In this document: one piece after another, positions 9,502 through 19,090 of the stretch
How the letters are laid out: every line of letters starts with the position of its first letter
Numbering within the stretch: the stretch's first letter is position 1
Program-made: the position numbers and the translations under genes
Notes under the pieces: model-generated
What the model saw: the letters and a program-made list of their open reading frames with translations, nothing else
Databases searched by the model: none
What the model was told of the DNA's origin: nothing
Source of the DNA: Bacteroidales bacterium
GTDB lineage: Bacteria > Bacteroidota > Bacteroidia > Bacteroidales > G963667975
Reading direction: 5' to 3'
Assembly (NCBI GenBank): GCA_963677395.2
Contig: OY781965.2
Span: forward strand, 1,022,330-1,086,329
DNA: 64,000 bases

Positions 9502-10074
9502 ATGCAAAACGTTCTTCTGATCGATAATTACGATTCATTTACATACAATCTGGTTCAGGTACTGGAAGAAACAGGATTGTGTAGGGTTGCCGTAAAATTA
9601 AATGACAAGGTGAGTATTGAAGAAGCATCCGGTTATGACAAAATAGTACTTTCGCCAGGGCCTGGTTTGCCTCATGAAGCCGGAAATATAATGCCGATTA
9701 TCCAGCATTTAGGCTCCGGGATTCCAATCCTGGGGATATGTTTGGGACATCAGGCAATTGCCGAAGTATATGGGGCAAAGCTTTACATGTTGGATAAAAT
9801 AATACATGGTGAAGCATACGCAGTGCAGTATAATCAAAATGATTGTGAGTTGTTTAAAGGTGTTGACAATCCATTTATGGCTGGTCGGTATCATTCATGG
9901 AGCGTTTCTTCTTTTCATTTTCCTGAAGACCTTCTGGTGACCGCATTAGATTCAGAAAACCATATTATGGCTTTGAAACATAAAAAGTATCCGATAAGAG
10001 GAGTTCAGTTTCATCCAGAATCTATTATGACGCCACAAGGATGTTTAATGATTCAGAACTGGGTGAGGATATAA
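9502..10074 (+). CDS. pabA: Glutamine amidotransferase component II (PabA/TrpG type)
   Basis: Class I GATase: VLLIDNYDSFTYNL, nucleophile elbow GICLGHQ, VQFHPES. Divergent from pabB. Confidence 0.8.
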   Translation: MQNVLLIDNYDSFTYNLVQVLEETGLCRVAVKLNDKVSIEEASGYDKIVLSPGPGLPHEAGNIMPIIQHLGSGIPILGICLGHQAIAEVYGAKLYMLDKIIHGEAYAVQYNQNDCELFKGVDNPFMAGRYHSWSVSSFHFPEDLLVTALDSENHIMALKHKKYPIRGVQFHPESIMTPQGCLMIQNWVRI

Positions 10075-10080
10075 AATAAT

Positions 10081-10141
10081 GAGGCTGTCTAAAAAGTTGG
10101 GAAAGTCTTTTTGCCAGATGAGAGATCTTTTGAACAGCCTC
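10081..10141. repeat. Nested-palindrome repeat, copy B (short, internally deleted form; likely pabA terminator)
   Basis: gaggctgtctaaaaag ... cttttgaacagcctc. The interior ttgggaaagtctttttgccagatgagagat aligns with the right third of copy C. Starts 6 nt after the pabA stop. Confidence 0.65.
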
Positions 10142-10190
10142 GTTATACGTTAATAAAGATATAAATGGTTAAATAACTAATAATTACCGT

Positions 10191-10198
10191 TAAATTTG
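10191..10198 (+). promoter_or_regulatory. -7 promoter box (TAAATTTG) for the first LruC-domain gene
   Basis: TAnnTTTG overlaps the TTG start of the track ORF (10196). Real starts are probably the ATG at 10223 or 10238. Confidence 0.4.
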
Positions 10199-10237
10199 TT
10201 GTATATTCGCATAAGGCTATTTATGCCAAAAATAAAT

Positions 10238-12511
10238 ATGAAGATAATTACCAAGAGAAGAGTTTTTGTTTTTTCACTTTTGCTGATGACCCTTATTTTT
10301 AACGCTTGTCAGCAAGAGGAGTTTTATGAGCCGTTTCCTATTAATGTAAATAATATGGAAGCATTAAGGGTTTCGTCATCATTTAATTGGAAAACGGAAG
10401 TATCTATTGGATTTTATTTTTCAATTACCGCAGCTGCTTATCAGGGAATGATGCATAAAATATCCATATACAATGGCAATCCCTTTATTGATGGACAGCT
10501 TCTTGTATCAGGATCGCTATCAAGCGTCCAGCCCTTTAAAGGAAGTTTACAAATACCCTCTTGGGTAAAGAAGTTATATGTAATAAATGAAGCACCTAGT
10601 GGAGTTAAGGAATTAATTGCTCTTGATGTTTTACCCAATGGAATTTCGCATGTGTTTGATGTTTCTTCAGTAAAAACAAAATCGAGCCCTAAAAGTCCGG
10701 ACTGTACATCAGGTTGTGATCAAACAATTACTACGAATGGAGTCATCACGGTATCAAGTAATAAAACCTATTGCGTTCCGGGAAACTTTACGGGATCAGC
10801 AACATACAGTAGTAGTGGAGGAAAACTTCGTATTTGTGGTGTTGCTCAGTTTACAAGTATATCAATGGGCTCAAAATCTATGTTGGAGGTTTCTTCAGGT
10901 GCAAAATTAAATGTTCAAAACCTCCAAATGAAAGGTGATGCCACAGTAATTTTTTATGAAAATTCAGAAATCACTGTTTCTACTCTAAAAATGGATCAAT
11001 CTGGTACAAGCATCATTAATTATTCAACGCTTTTTACGATAAACACAGGAACAATATTTCGGGGTTCTGTTGATAATTATGGTGTTATGAAAATTAATGG
11101 TTCTGTAAATGTAAACGGAATATTCACAAACTTCAATGAAACGGATGTTTCATCAACTCTGGATGTTAATGAAGAATTTGGGAATTATGGGTCACTCAAC
11201 GTGGCCGGAAATATTGCGTTGAATAGCCAATCGCTATTTACCAATGAATGTAAGATTACTTGTGGCGAAGATTTTTCGCAAAATAATTCCACTCTTATAC
11301 TTAACAATGGATATCTGTATTGTGGACAAACATTTCAAGTGAATGGAAATACTTCAACAACTCTGAAAAACAGTTCTATGATATCCGCAAGTGATATTGT
11401 ATTGAATGCAACAATACTTGGGCAGGGAAGCCGAAATACATTGAAGTCATCGGGATATGCCCGAATAAATGGCACCGGAAAATATGTAAATGGCTCAATA
11501 GAATGGGCAGATAATAATGGAGTGTTGAACAATGGTTCTCTTTCAAACTTTATCAATGGTGCAACATTCAAAAGTTTTACGAATGCAACAAACGTGATCC
11601 CTACAAGTGCATGTAATCCTGAGGGAATAGGAACTCCACAGATTATTGATAGTGATGGAGATGGAATAGCTGATAATATTGACATGTATCCCACTGATGC
11701 AACAAGAGCCTACAATAACTGGTATCCATCACAAAACGCATGGGGAACTCTGGCATATGAAGATTTGTGGCCTACAAAAGGAGACTTTGACTTTAATGAT
11801 ATGGTAATTGCCTATAAGGTTAAAATAATAACGAATGCACAAAATAAAGTAGTTGAATTACAGCCCCGATTTTATATCAAGGCAATTGGTGCAACAATTC
11901 AAAGCGGATTTGGAATACAATTCGATAATTTAAATCCATCAGATATTTCTTCGATAAATGGATACCAGATAAGTGGAAGCACAATAAATCTTGCTGCAAA
12001 TGGCACGGAAATTGGAAATTCAAAGGCTGTTGCAATCGTTTTTGATTCACCGGAAACGTCCATAAACAGAGTTAGTTCATCCCCGTTTTTTAATACATTA
12101 TCAGGCGAACCGAAAGGTACTTCTGACACCGTTTCTCTTTCAATTGTATTTGCAAATCCGCTTGCATCCGCTACATTGGGTCAGGCTCCTTATAATCCAT
12201 TTATTTTCAGATCAAATGAAAGAGGGCACGAGGTTCACTTGCCCAATTATCAACCAACGTCCAAGGTCAATTTATCCTTGTTTAATACACATCAGGATGC
12301 GTCAAACATTTCTCAGGGAAAATATTATAAGACCATTAATAACCTGCCTTGGGCATTAAATATTGTGGATCAGTTTGATTATCCTGCAGAAAGAAATGAC
12401 ATAATTAAGTGTTATTTTAATTTTGATGACTGGGCTCAGTCAGATGGTGTAAATGCCTCAGACTGGTATAAGAATATTCCGGGATATAGAAATTCATCCA
12501 GAATTTATTAG
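10238..12511 (+). CDS. LruC-domain (DUF4842) lipoprotein with a thrombospondin type 3-like Ca-binding motif, paralog 1
   Basis: Lipobox LMTLIFNAC. DSDGDGIADNIDMYPTD, then the LruC signature region AYEDLWPTKGDFDFNDMV. 63 percent-class similarity by eye to the next gene. Start is 10238 or 10223. Confidence 0.7.
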   Translation: MKIITKRRVFVFSLLLMTLIFNACQQEEFYEPFPINVNNMEALRVSSSFNWKTEVSIGFYFSITAAAYQGMMHKISIYNGNPFIDGQLLVSGSLSSVQPFKGSLQIPSWVKKLYVINEAPSGVKELIALDVLPNGISHVFDVSSVKTKSSPKSPDCTSGCDQTITTNGVITVSSNKTYCVPGNFTGSATYSSSGGKLRICGVAQFTSISMGSKSMLEVSSGAKLNVQNLQMKGDATVIFYENSEITVSTLKMDQSGTSIINYSTLFTINTGTIFRGSVDNYGVMKINGSVNVNGIFTNFNETDVSSTLDVNEEFGNYGSLNVAGNIALNSQSLFTNECKITCGEDFSQNNSTLILNNGYLYCGQTFQVNGNTSTTLKNSSMISASDIVLNATILGQGSRNTLKSSGYARINGTGKYVNGSIEWADNNGVLNNGSLSNFINGATFKSFTNATNVIPTSACNPEGIGTPQIIDSDGDGIADNIDMYPTDATRAYNNWYPSQNAWGTLAYEDLWPTKGDFDFNDMVIAYKVKIITNAQNKVVELQPRFYIKAIGATIQSGFGIQFDNLNPSDISSINGYQISGSTINLAANGTEIGNSKAVAIVFDSPETSINRVSSSPFFNTLSGEPKGTSDTVSLSIVFANPLASATLGQAPYNPFIFRSNERGHEVHLPNYQPTSKVNLSLFNTHQDASNISQGKYYKTINNLPWALNIVDQFDYPAERNDIIKCYFNFDDWAQSDGVNASDWYKNIPGYRNSSRIY

Positions 12512-12764
12512 TTTCAGTTTCTTAACGAAGAGAAGTCTGGATCTTTAGTCCTCTTTAGCGTATTACTGGCGAGTATGAATTCCATTATGGGACATTTTGA
12601 TATTATTCAGATGAATTTATTTTGGTGATTAAATATTTTCAAATATACTGCTAAGTGCAGATATTGTGATTGTTATGAGTGATAATACTGTATGTGGGTA
12701 ATGCTTTTCTATTATCAAAGTTAGTTTGGCGTTATAGTTGCGAGTGTAAGAAAAAATACTCAAT

Positions 12765-15041
12765 ATGAAAAAATTCATCAACCTCGGAGTGATATTGTTA
12801 ATAACTTTTCTGGCTTCATGTCAAAAAGACGATTTGAGTGAGCCGGAAACCAACAATGTCAAAAGTATGAATGAGTTGAAAGTACCTCAATCATTCAACT
12901 GGAAAACTGAAAAAGATGTAAGCTTTAATTTAAAGATAGCTTACGATGCCTATCAAGGTGCAACACATAAAGTTTCCATCTATAATGGGAATCCTTTTAC
13001 AGACGGCCAATTAATCCAGGCTGGCTCTGTTAGTGTCAGTCAAGGTTATACCGGAACTTTGAGAATTCCTTCCTATCTGAATAAGATTTATGTATTAAAT
13101 GAAACACCGAAAGGAATGAAAGAGCTTGTTGCGTTAGATGTTAACGGAAATACTCTATCATATACCTTTGAAACAAAAGCTAAATCGGCAAAAAGTGTAG
13201 CAAGCGGACCAACAAGTCCTGATTGTAATACAGGTTGCGATGTAACGGTTTCTAATAATGGCTATTTCTCAATTAATGGAAATAAAACCTATTGTATTTC
13301 ATCCACAAACTTTAATGGTTCTGTTCAGTTTGAACATTGGAATAATGGTGGAAAATTAAGAATTTGTGGCAATGCAACATTCACAAGTATTGACATGGGA
13401 AATAACTCTACGCTAGAAGTTGCTTCCGGAGCTACATTAAATGCACAAAGTATTCAAATGAATGGGAATGCTAAACTCATATTCTATGACAATGCACATG
13501 TAAGCATTTCTAGTCTCAACATGAACCAAGCTGATACGAAACTTGACAACTATAGTTTACATATTGCCATTGGCAACGGAATAAATGTTGGTGGTACTGT
13601 AAATAATTATGGTACTATGGCAGTAAATGGCTTTGCTCATTTTAATGGCAATAATGGAAGTTTGTACAATTATGGGACATTTACTTCTTCTGACAATCTG
13701 GAAATAAACAACAAACTTGAAAACAGTGGATCTATCATTGTTACAGGCAACATACACTTAAATAGTCAGGCCAATGTTCTTAATTATTGTAAAATGTCTT
13801 GTACAAATGATTTCGAACAAAATAACTCAACACTTATCGTGGACAATGGGTATATTTATGCTGGGGAAAAAGCTCAGTTTAATGGAAATACAACTACAAT
13901 TATCAAGAATGGCTCAATGATTTCATCCAAAGATGTAATTCTTAATGCAGGGATTCTTGGTCAGGGATCAACAAATACATTAAAATCATCTCGTGAAGCC
14001 AGAATAAACGGCCTTGTAAATGTCAATGGAACAATAGAATGGGCTGATAATAATGGTGTATTAGATAATGGAAGTTCATCTAACTTTATTAATGGTGCAA
14101 CATTCAAAAGTTTTGCCAATGCATCAAATGTAATTTCAACCAGCTCATGTAATCCTGAAGGAATTGGAAGTACTCAAACAATTGGTGATACAGATGGTGA
14201 TGGCGTTCCTAACAATCTTGATGAGTACCCGAATGACCCTGCAAGGGCCTATAATAACTATTTCCCGTCACAAAATACATGGGGAACCTTGGCTTACGAA
14301 GACTTATGGCCGAAAAAAGGTGATTACGACTTCAATGATATGGTAATTCGTTACAATGTTAAAACGGTTACCAATGCTCAAAATAAAGTTGTAGAAATCC
14401 AGCCACGATTGGTCGTAAAAGCAGTAGGAGCTACAATTCAAAGTGGATTTGCATTCCAATTTGACAATTTGCTTATCTCAGACATTGCTTCTGTAACTGG
14501 AAATTTAAGCTCAATTGCAGCTAATGGAAATGGCACAGAATCAGGAACCAACAAAGCAGTAATCATTGCATTTGATAAAGCTGATCAGGTTATTCACAGA
14601 GTTGGAGGGTCTGCTTACTTTAATACTTTAAAAGGCAATCCAGTAGGGACTTCTGATACGGTTAAGATGCGTATAATATTCTCTAATCCTCTTGCCACAT
14701 CCACACTTGGTTCCGCTCCGTTCAATCCTTTTATCTTCAGAACGAATGAAAGAGGACATGAAGTTCACCTTCCAAATTATATTCCTACTTCAAAAGCAGA
14801 ATTAAGCTTATTTGGCACAATGGATGATGGTTCGATTGTTGCACAGGGTAAGTATTACAAAACGTCTGATAACTTGCCATGGGCTATCAATATTAACGAA
14901 ACGTTTGAATACCCAATTGAATTTAAAGATATTACTCAGGCATATTTGAAATTTGCAGCTTGGGCGCAATCAGGAGGGAGCTCATTCCCGGACTGGTATA
15001 AAAATCTATCAGGATATAGAAACCAGGGACTAATCTATTAA
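12765..15041 (+). CDS. LruC-domain (DUF4842) lipoprotein, paralog 2
   Basis: Lipobox LITFLASC. DTDGDGVPNNLDEYPND, then AYEDLWPKKGDYDFNDMV. Colinear with paralog 1 along its whole length. Confidence 0.7.
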   Translation: MKKFINLGVILLITFLASCQKDDLSEPETNNVKSMNELKVPQSFNWKTEKDVSFNLKIAYDAYQGATHKVSIYNGNPFTDGQLIQAGSVSVSQGYTGTLRIPSYLNKIYVLNETPKGMKELVALDVNGNTLSYTFETKAKSAKSVASGPTSPDCNTGCDVTVSNNGYFSINGNKTYCISSTNFNGSVQFEHWNNGGKLRICGNATFTSIDMGNNSTLEVASGATLNAQSIQMNGNAKLIFYDNAHVSISSLNMNQADTKLDNYSLHIAIGNGINVGGTVNNYGTMAVNGFAHFNGNNGSLYNYGTFTSSDNLEINNKLENSGSIIVTGNIHLNSQANVLNYCKMSCTNDFEQNNSTLIVDNGYIYAGEKAQFNGNTTTIIKNGSMISSKDVILNAGILGQGSTNTLKSSREARINGLVNVNGTIEWADNNGVLDNGSSSNFINGATFKSFANASNVISTSSCNPEGIGSTQTIGDTDGDGVPNNLDEYPNDPARAYNNYFPSQNTWGTLAYEDLWPKKGDYDFNDMVIRYNVKTVTNAQNKVVEIQPRLVVKAVGATIQSGFAFQFDNLLISDIASVTGNLSSIAANGNGTESGTNKAVIIAFDKADQVIHRVGGSAYFNTLKGNPVGTSDTVKMRIIFSNPLATSTLGSAPFNPFIFRTNERGHEVHLPNYIPTSKAELSLFGTMDDGSIVAQGKYYKTSDNLPWAININETFEYPIEFKDITQAYLKFAAWAQSGGSSFPDWYKNLSGYRNQGLIY

Positions 15042-15056
15042 TACTCTTCATTCATG

Positions 15057-15084
15057 AAAAAAGCCGGTGTTTGCCGGCTTTTTC
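15057..15084. terminator. Bidirectional rho-independent terminator
   Basis: aaaaaagccgg tgtttg ccggcttttt between convergent genes. Confidence 0.7.
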
Positions 15085-15090
15085 ATTTTA

Positions 15091-17715
15091 CTATCTTCTG
15101 TCTCTGTAGTCATTTTTCTTTTCATATTTCAAACTTTCTCTCAGCATATTTGCTTTAACTCTGATCGTAAAATTCCAACTGGATCTATAACCAAAAGGAA
15201 TCCAGTTAAACAGCATTTCCCAGCAATGTAAATCACGGTAAATATCTAAAGAAGTATATGTAAATTCTCCTGTTTCAAAATCGTAACCTGAACGAACACC
15301 AACTTTCCATTTGGGTGTTACATTCATATCAAATGACATTCCAAGGGATTGAACGTAAGTTTTCTTATAGTTGAACAGGCTTGCAATACGACTACTTGTG
15401 TAACGATAGTTGTAATTTACAGAGAAATTCCAGGGAATCGAAAAATCTACCTGTTGTCCGAGTACTTCATTAATTCCATAATAATCATATCCTGAAGGCA
15501 ATGATAATGGGTTTGACGTTGTTTTTCCCTTTGAATTTAAACTCCAGCTTATATCAAATGTCCATGTTGTATTGTCCAAGCGTAAGAAACGTTTGTTTTT
15601 AGTCCACTCAAATTGGTTGATCCTTTGTCCGTTGGGTAAAATCACATACGGATCCCAAATACTGCTGTAAGAAACTGCAATTTTCTTAAATAATGTAGTT
15701 CTTGCATATAACGAAATAGGAGACCAGTTAAGTGAATCTGCTGCCAAATTATAAGCTGTTGAAAGAGAAAAACTTTCAATCAACACAATTTTGGTAGTTC
15801 CGGTTACTGTGTCTTTTTTCGAACGAACTTTCATTTCCAGATTATTGCCTAAGGAAAATCCAATCGAGCCATATTTTTGCGAAGGTGGTGACCCATAGAT
15901 CCCTTCTTCAAAAATCGAATAAGGAACCTCTTTTCCGTACTTATCGGTATAGGTTTTATAATATCCCCAGAATTTTTTAGAAAAGTCAGGCCTGTAACTA
16001 AATGAAACAGATGGATTTAATACATGGCGTATGGCTACAATTGGTCCTCTCTTAAATTGAACTATTCCGTACATGCGGGTTGAAGCTGAAGCATTGAACG
16101 AGAAATCGCGTGCTGCTACAAAACGGTTTGATTTTGTAACTTCCAGATATGGCAAAATTGTATCAGTACCTTGGTATGTTGTATCTGAAATCCATTTCTT
16201 TTCAACGGTTTGCGTGTACCACCGTTCTGTATAATTTATTGAATTCGAAATGTTAATGAATTTGAAGATGTTAAAGGAGCTGTTAATTGGAATGGAGTGA
16301 ACCATGCCATTTTTCATATTTTTGAACGTTTTTCTATCCAATAATGCTGAGTCATTTGTATTTAATTGATTATCTGCTCTTAAAGAGTAATTTAAGTTTA
16401 TATTTTCATACCATTTTGTCTTTCCGACTTGTTTTTTATGCTTCAATGGATAATAACGCTGTGTTGAATTCAAGGTAATACTCGGCAAATTGATATTCAT
16501 GTCACCAGTATTAATGTTGTAAGTTTGACTGAAATCCATACTCATACTAAATCGATCCCACAAATTTGCAGTATAATTAATACTCGATTGTGTGGTGTTG
16601 GTAAAGTAACTATTCGCATTGAGCGAATACTTGTATGAATTTGAGCTCACCAGATTAACATTGGCTGATAATCGATGATTAGGGTGTGCTTTTGGATCTT
16701 GAATGTGTACCCATTGGATTGTGAAATCGCGACTTTTTTCGAAATCAGGATCTCCCTGTTCCCCATATCTGTTAAGTGAATATGAAAGGTTTATTGATCC
16801 GTTATATTTGTATCGTTTTGCATAATTTGAAAGACCCCTTATTGCCCAACTTCCTCTGGAATAAATATCTCCGGTAAGTTTCAGATTTAGTTTGTCGCTG
16901 AATGCAAAAAAATACCCTCCCTCTTTGAAGAAAAACCCACGACGGGGAGCACTACCCGGATTGGGAATAATTATACCGGATGATTGCCCTTTTTTATTGG
17001 GAAAAAATCCAAAGGGGATAAATAATGGGGTTGGAACATCTGCAATGTAGATCATAGCAGGTCCGGTGACAATTTTGTCATTTGGAATCATCTTGGCACG
17101 GTTAAAGCGAATGTCAAAATGGGGGTGATCATCATCACAGGTTGTAAATTTCCCATGTCTGATATATGTTACATCATTCTCCATTTTTTTAACACGTTCA
17201 CCATGTATATAAGCCTCTCCTTCCTGCGTTTTTAAGGTAGTGATAACTCCTTTTTTGGTGTCAAAATTATAGTAAAGTTCTTCCGATTTAAAGGTTGTTC
17301 CGTCATCGTTAAATTCGGGTTTTTCGACAATCCGTCCATTGGTATCCTTTATACCACAGGCGCGAAGCTCACGTTTGTCAAACTCAACTTCAATTTGTCC
17401 CGATTTTAAATCAATCTTTTGATATTTGATTTCACCTTTCCGATAGAGGTACACTTTTTTGGCAATCATATCAAAACGTACAGAATCAGTAGCACTGTAA
17501 TCAATTCTGCTTTCAATCACTTTGCTGTTTTTCTTTAAGTTCAGAGAGTCTGCTGATGTTGTGTCTGTTTTAAGACTAAGTTTTGAAGTGTCGTTAATAA
17601 TTTGATTCTGAGAAAAAAGAGAGGTATTGGAAAATGAAAATAACGCCCAGATGCAAATAAGCCTGAGACAATATTTAAAGCTTTGGTTAAAAAAATGAAA
17701 TGAATGAGGTTTCAA
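15091..17715 (-). CDS. Large outer-membrane protein, putative LPS-assembly LptD-like
   Basis: 874 aa, signal peptide, aromatic-rich beta-strand pattern throughout. Divergent from the amidase gene, as in many Bacteroidota (from memory). Only a TTG start (17715) precedes the signal peptide. Confidence 0.55.
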   Translation of the reverse strand: MKPHSFHFFNQSFKYCLRLICIWALFSFSNTSLFSQNQIINDTSKLSLKTDTTSADSLNLKKNSKVIESRIDYSATDSVRFDMIAKKVYLYRKGEIKYQKIDLKSGQIEVEFDKRELRACGIKDTNGRIVEKPEFNDDGTTFKSEELYYNFDTKKGVITTLKTQEGEAYIHGERVKKMENDVTYIRHGKFTTCDDDHPHFDIRFNRAKMIPNDKIVTGPAMIYIADVPTPLFIPFGFFPNKKGQSSGIIIPNPGSAPRRGFFFKEGGYFFAFSDKLNLKLTGDIYSRGSWAIRGLSNYAKRYKYNGSINLSYSLNRYGEQGDPDFEKSRDFTIQWVHIQDPKAHPNHRLSANVNLVSSNSYKYSLNANSYFTNTTQSSINYTANLWDRFSMSMDFSQTYNINTGDMNINLPSITLNSTQRYYPLKHKKQVGKTKWYENINLNYSLRADNQLNTNDSALLDRKTFKNMKNGMVHSIPINSSFNIFKFINISNSINYTERWYTQTVEKKWISDTTYQGTDTILPYLEVTKSNRFVAARDFSFNASASTRMYGIVQFKRGPIVAIRHVLNPSVSFSYRPDFSKKFWGYYKTYTDKYGKEVPYSIFEEGIYGSPPSQKYGSIGFSLGNNLEMKVRSKKDTVTGTTKIVLIESFSLSTAYNLAADSLNWSPISLYARTTLFKKIAVSYSSIWDPYVILPNGQRINQFEWTKNKRFLRLDNTTWTFDISWSLNSKGKTTSNPLSLPSGYDYYGINEVLGQQVDFSIPWNFSVNYNYRYTSSRIASLFNYKKTYVQSLGMSFDMNVTPKWKVGVRSGYDFETGEFTYTSLDIYRDLHCWEMLFNWIPFGYRSSWNFTIRVKANMLRESLKYEKKNDYRDRR

Positions 17716-17729
17716 AGAAAGCTTTGTAT

Positions 17730-17737
17730 TATTTTTG
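17730..17737 (+). promoter_or_regulatory. -7 promoter box (TATTTTTG) for the amidase gene
   Basis: TAnnTTTG, 60 nt upstream of the GTG start at 17798. Confidence 0.35.
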
Positions 17738-17756
17738 TATTGAGTATTTTCAAGGG

Positions 17757-17764
17757 CAAAATTA
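17757..17764 (-). promoter_or_regulatory. -7 promoter box (TAATTTTG) for the LptD-like gene
   Basis: TAnnTTTG on the minus strand, 42 nt upstream of 17715. Confidence 0.35.
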
Positions 17765-17797
17765 ACCCAATCTTACGTAACTTAAAATATAAAAATT

Positions 17798-19060
17798 GTG
17801 AAAACGAAACTCATCCTCACTGCCTTGATTATTTTACTTGGAATAATCACAGAATCAGCGTTTTCAAACAAGCCAGGAAAGCTTACGAAAGTGGTGATTG
17901 ATGCCGGACACGGAGGGAAAGACCCTGGTGCAATTGGCGGCAATTCCAAAGAAAAAGATGTTGCACTAAGCATTGCACTTAAAGTGGGCAAGCTCATCGA
18001 AGATAATTTTAGCGATGTAAAAGTAATTTATACCCGTAAAACAGATGTTTTTGTAGAACTATACAATCGCGCAAAAGTTGCCAATGAAAATCATGCAGAC
18101 CTCTTTATATCTATACATTGCAATGCCAATAAAAACAAAAATGCTTATGGAACAGAAACCTTTGTAATGGGATTGCATAAATCGCAGGCAAATCTTGAAG
18201 TTGCCAAGAAAGAGAATTCTGCCGTTTTACTCGAAACAGATTATACCCGTAAATATGATGGTTTTGATCCTAATTCGCCTGAAGCAAACATTATTTTTTC
18301 GCTCTTTCAAAACGCATATCTCGATCAAAGTCTTGATTTAGCCGGAAAAGTTCAGCAGAATTTCACTGATAAGCTTAATACGATTGATCGTGGTGTAAAG
18401 CAGGCTGGTCTTTTGGTTCTTTATAAAACCTATATGCCCGGTGTATTAGTTGAAACAGGATTTATTACAAACAAGGAGGAAGAAGAGGTTCTTAATTCGG
18501 AAAAGGGTCAAAATAATATTTCTACGTCTATTTTCAATGCATTTCGAGATTATAAATTTCAGGTTGAAGGCTTTAACAATCAGGCAGTGATTACACAACA
18601 TTCGAAGCAGGATAAAGATAAAGAAACGGATAAAGTAGCAGAGCCTGTAAAAGACAAAAATAATCCACAAAATCAGGATGTAACTCACGATAAGAAAAAC
18701 ATTATCGATACCATTTCAAAGTCAGTTAGTACCGAAGTAAAATCTGTCGCAACTCAAAATAAGGTTTCAGATAGTACCGAGCAGGTTATTATTTTCCGCA
18801 TTCAGATTGCGTCATCATCTGTAAACAAGCAACTAAATGATCCTGTATTTAAGGGTTTAAAAGACGTTAAGCAATATTACCATAATGGATTGTACAAATA
18901 TACCGTTGGTGAAGAAAAAAGTCTGAAAAAGGCAAACGACCTGCTTTATATGTTACAGGATAAGGGATTTAAAGATGCCTTCGTTATTGCATTTTTAAAC
19001 AATGAGAGAATTCCACCTACAGAAGCTCTGAAAATCATGAATCAGCAAAAAGAGAAATAA
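17798..19060 (+). CDS. N-acetylmuramoyl-L-alanine amidase (Amidase_3) with a C-terminal SPOR-like domain
   Basis: VVIDAGHGGKDPGA, LFISIHCNA, PGVLVETGFITN. The C-terminal FRIQIASS...GFKDAFVIAF resembles SPOR. GTG start. Confidence 0.85.
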   Translation: MKTKLILTALIILLGIITESAFSNKPGKLTKVVIDAGHGGKDPGAIGGNSKEKDVALSIALKVGKLIEDNFSDVKVIYTRKTDVFVELYNRAKVANENHADLFISIHCNANKNKNAYGTETFVMGLHKSQANLEVAKKENSAVLLETDYTRKYDGFDPNSPEANIIFSLFQNAYLDQSLDLAGKVQQNFTDKLNTIDRGVKQAGLLVLYKTYMPGVLVETGFITNKEEEEVLNSEKGQNNISTSIFNAFRDYKFQVEGFNNQAVITQHSKQDKDKETDKVAEPVKDKNNPQNQDVTHDKKNIIDTISKSVSTEVKSVATQNKVSDSTEQVIIFRIQIASSSVNKQLNDPVFKGLKDVKQYYHNGLYKYTVGEEKSLKKANDLLYMLQDKGFKDAFVIAFLNNERIPPTEALKIMNQQKEK

Positions 19061-19090
19061 AATTAATTCTTCAATGTAATCACGAAAAGG

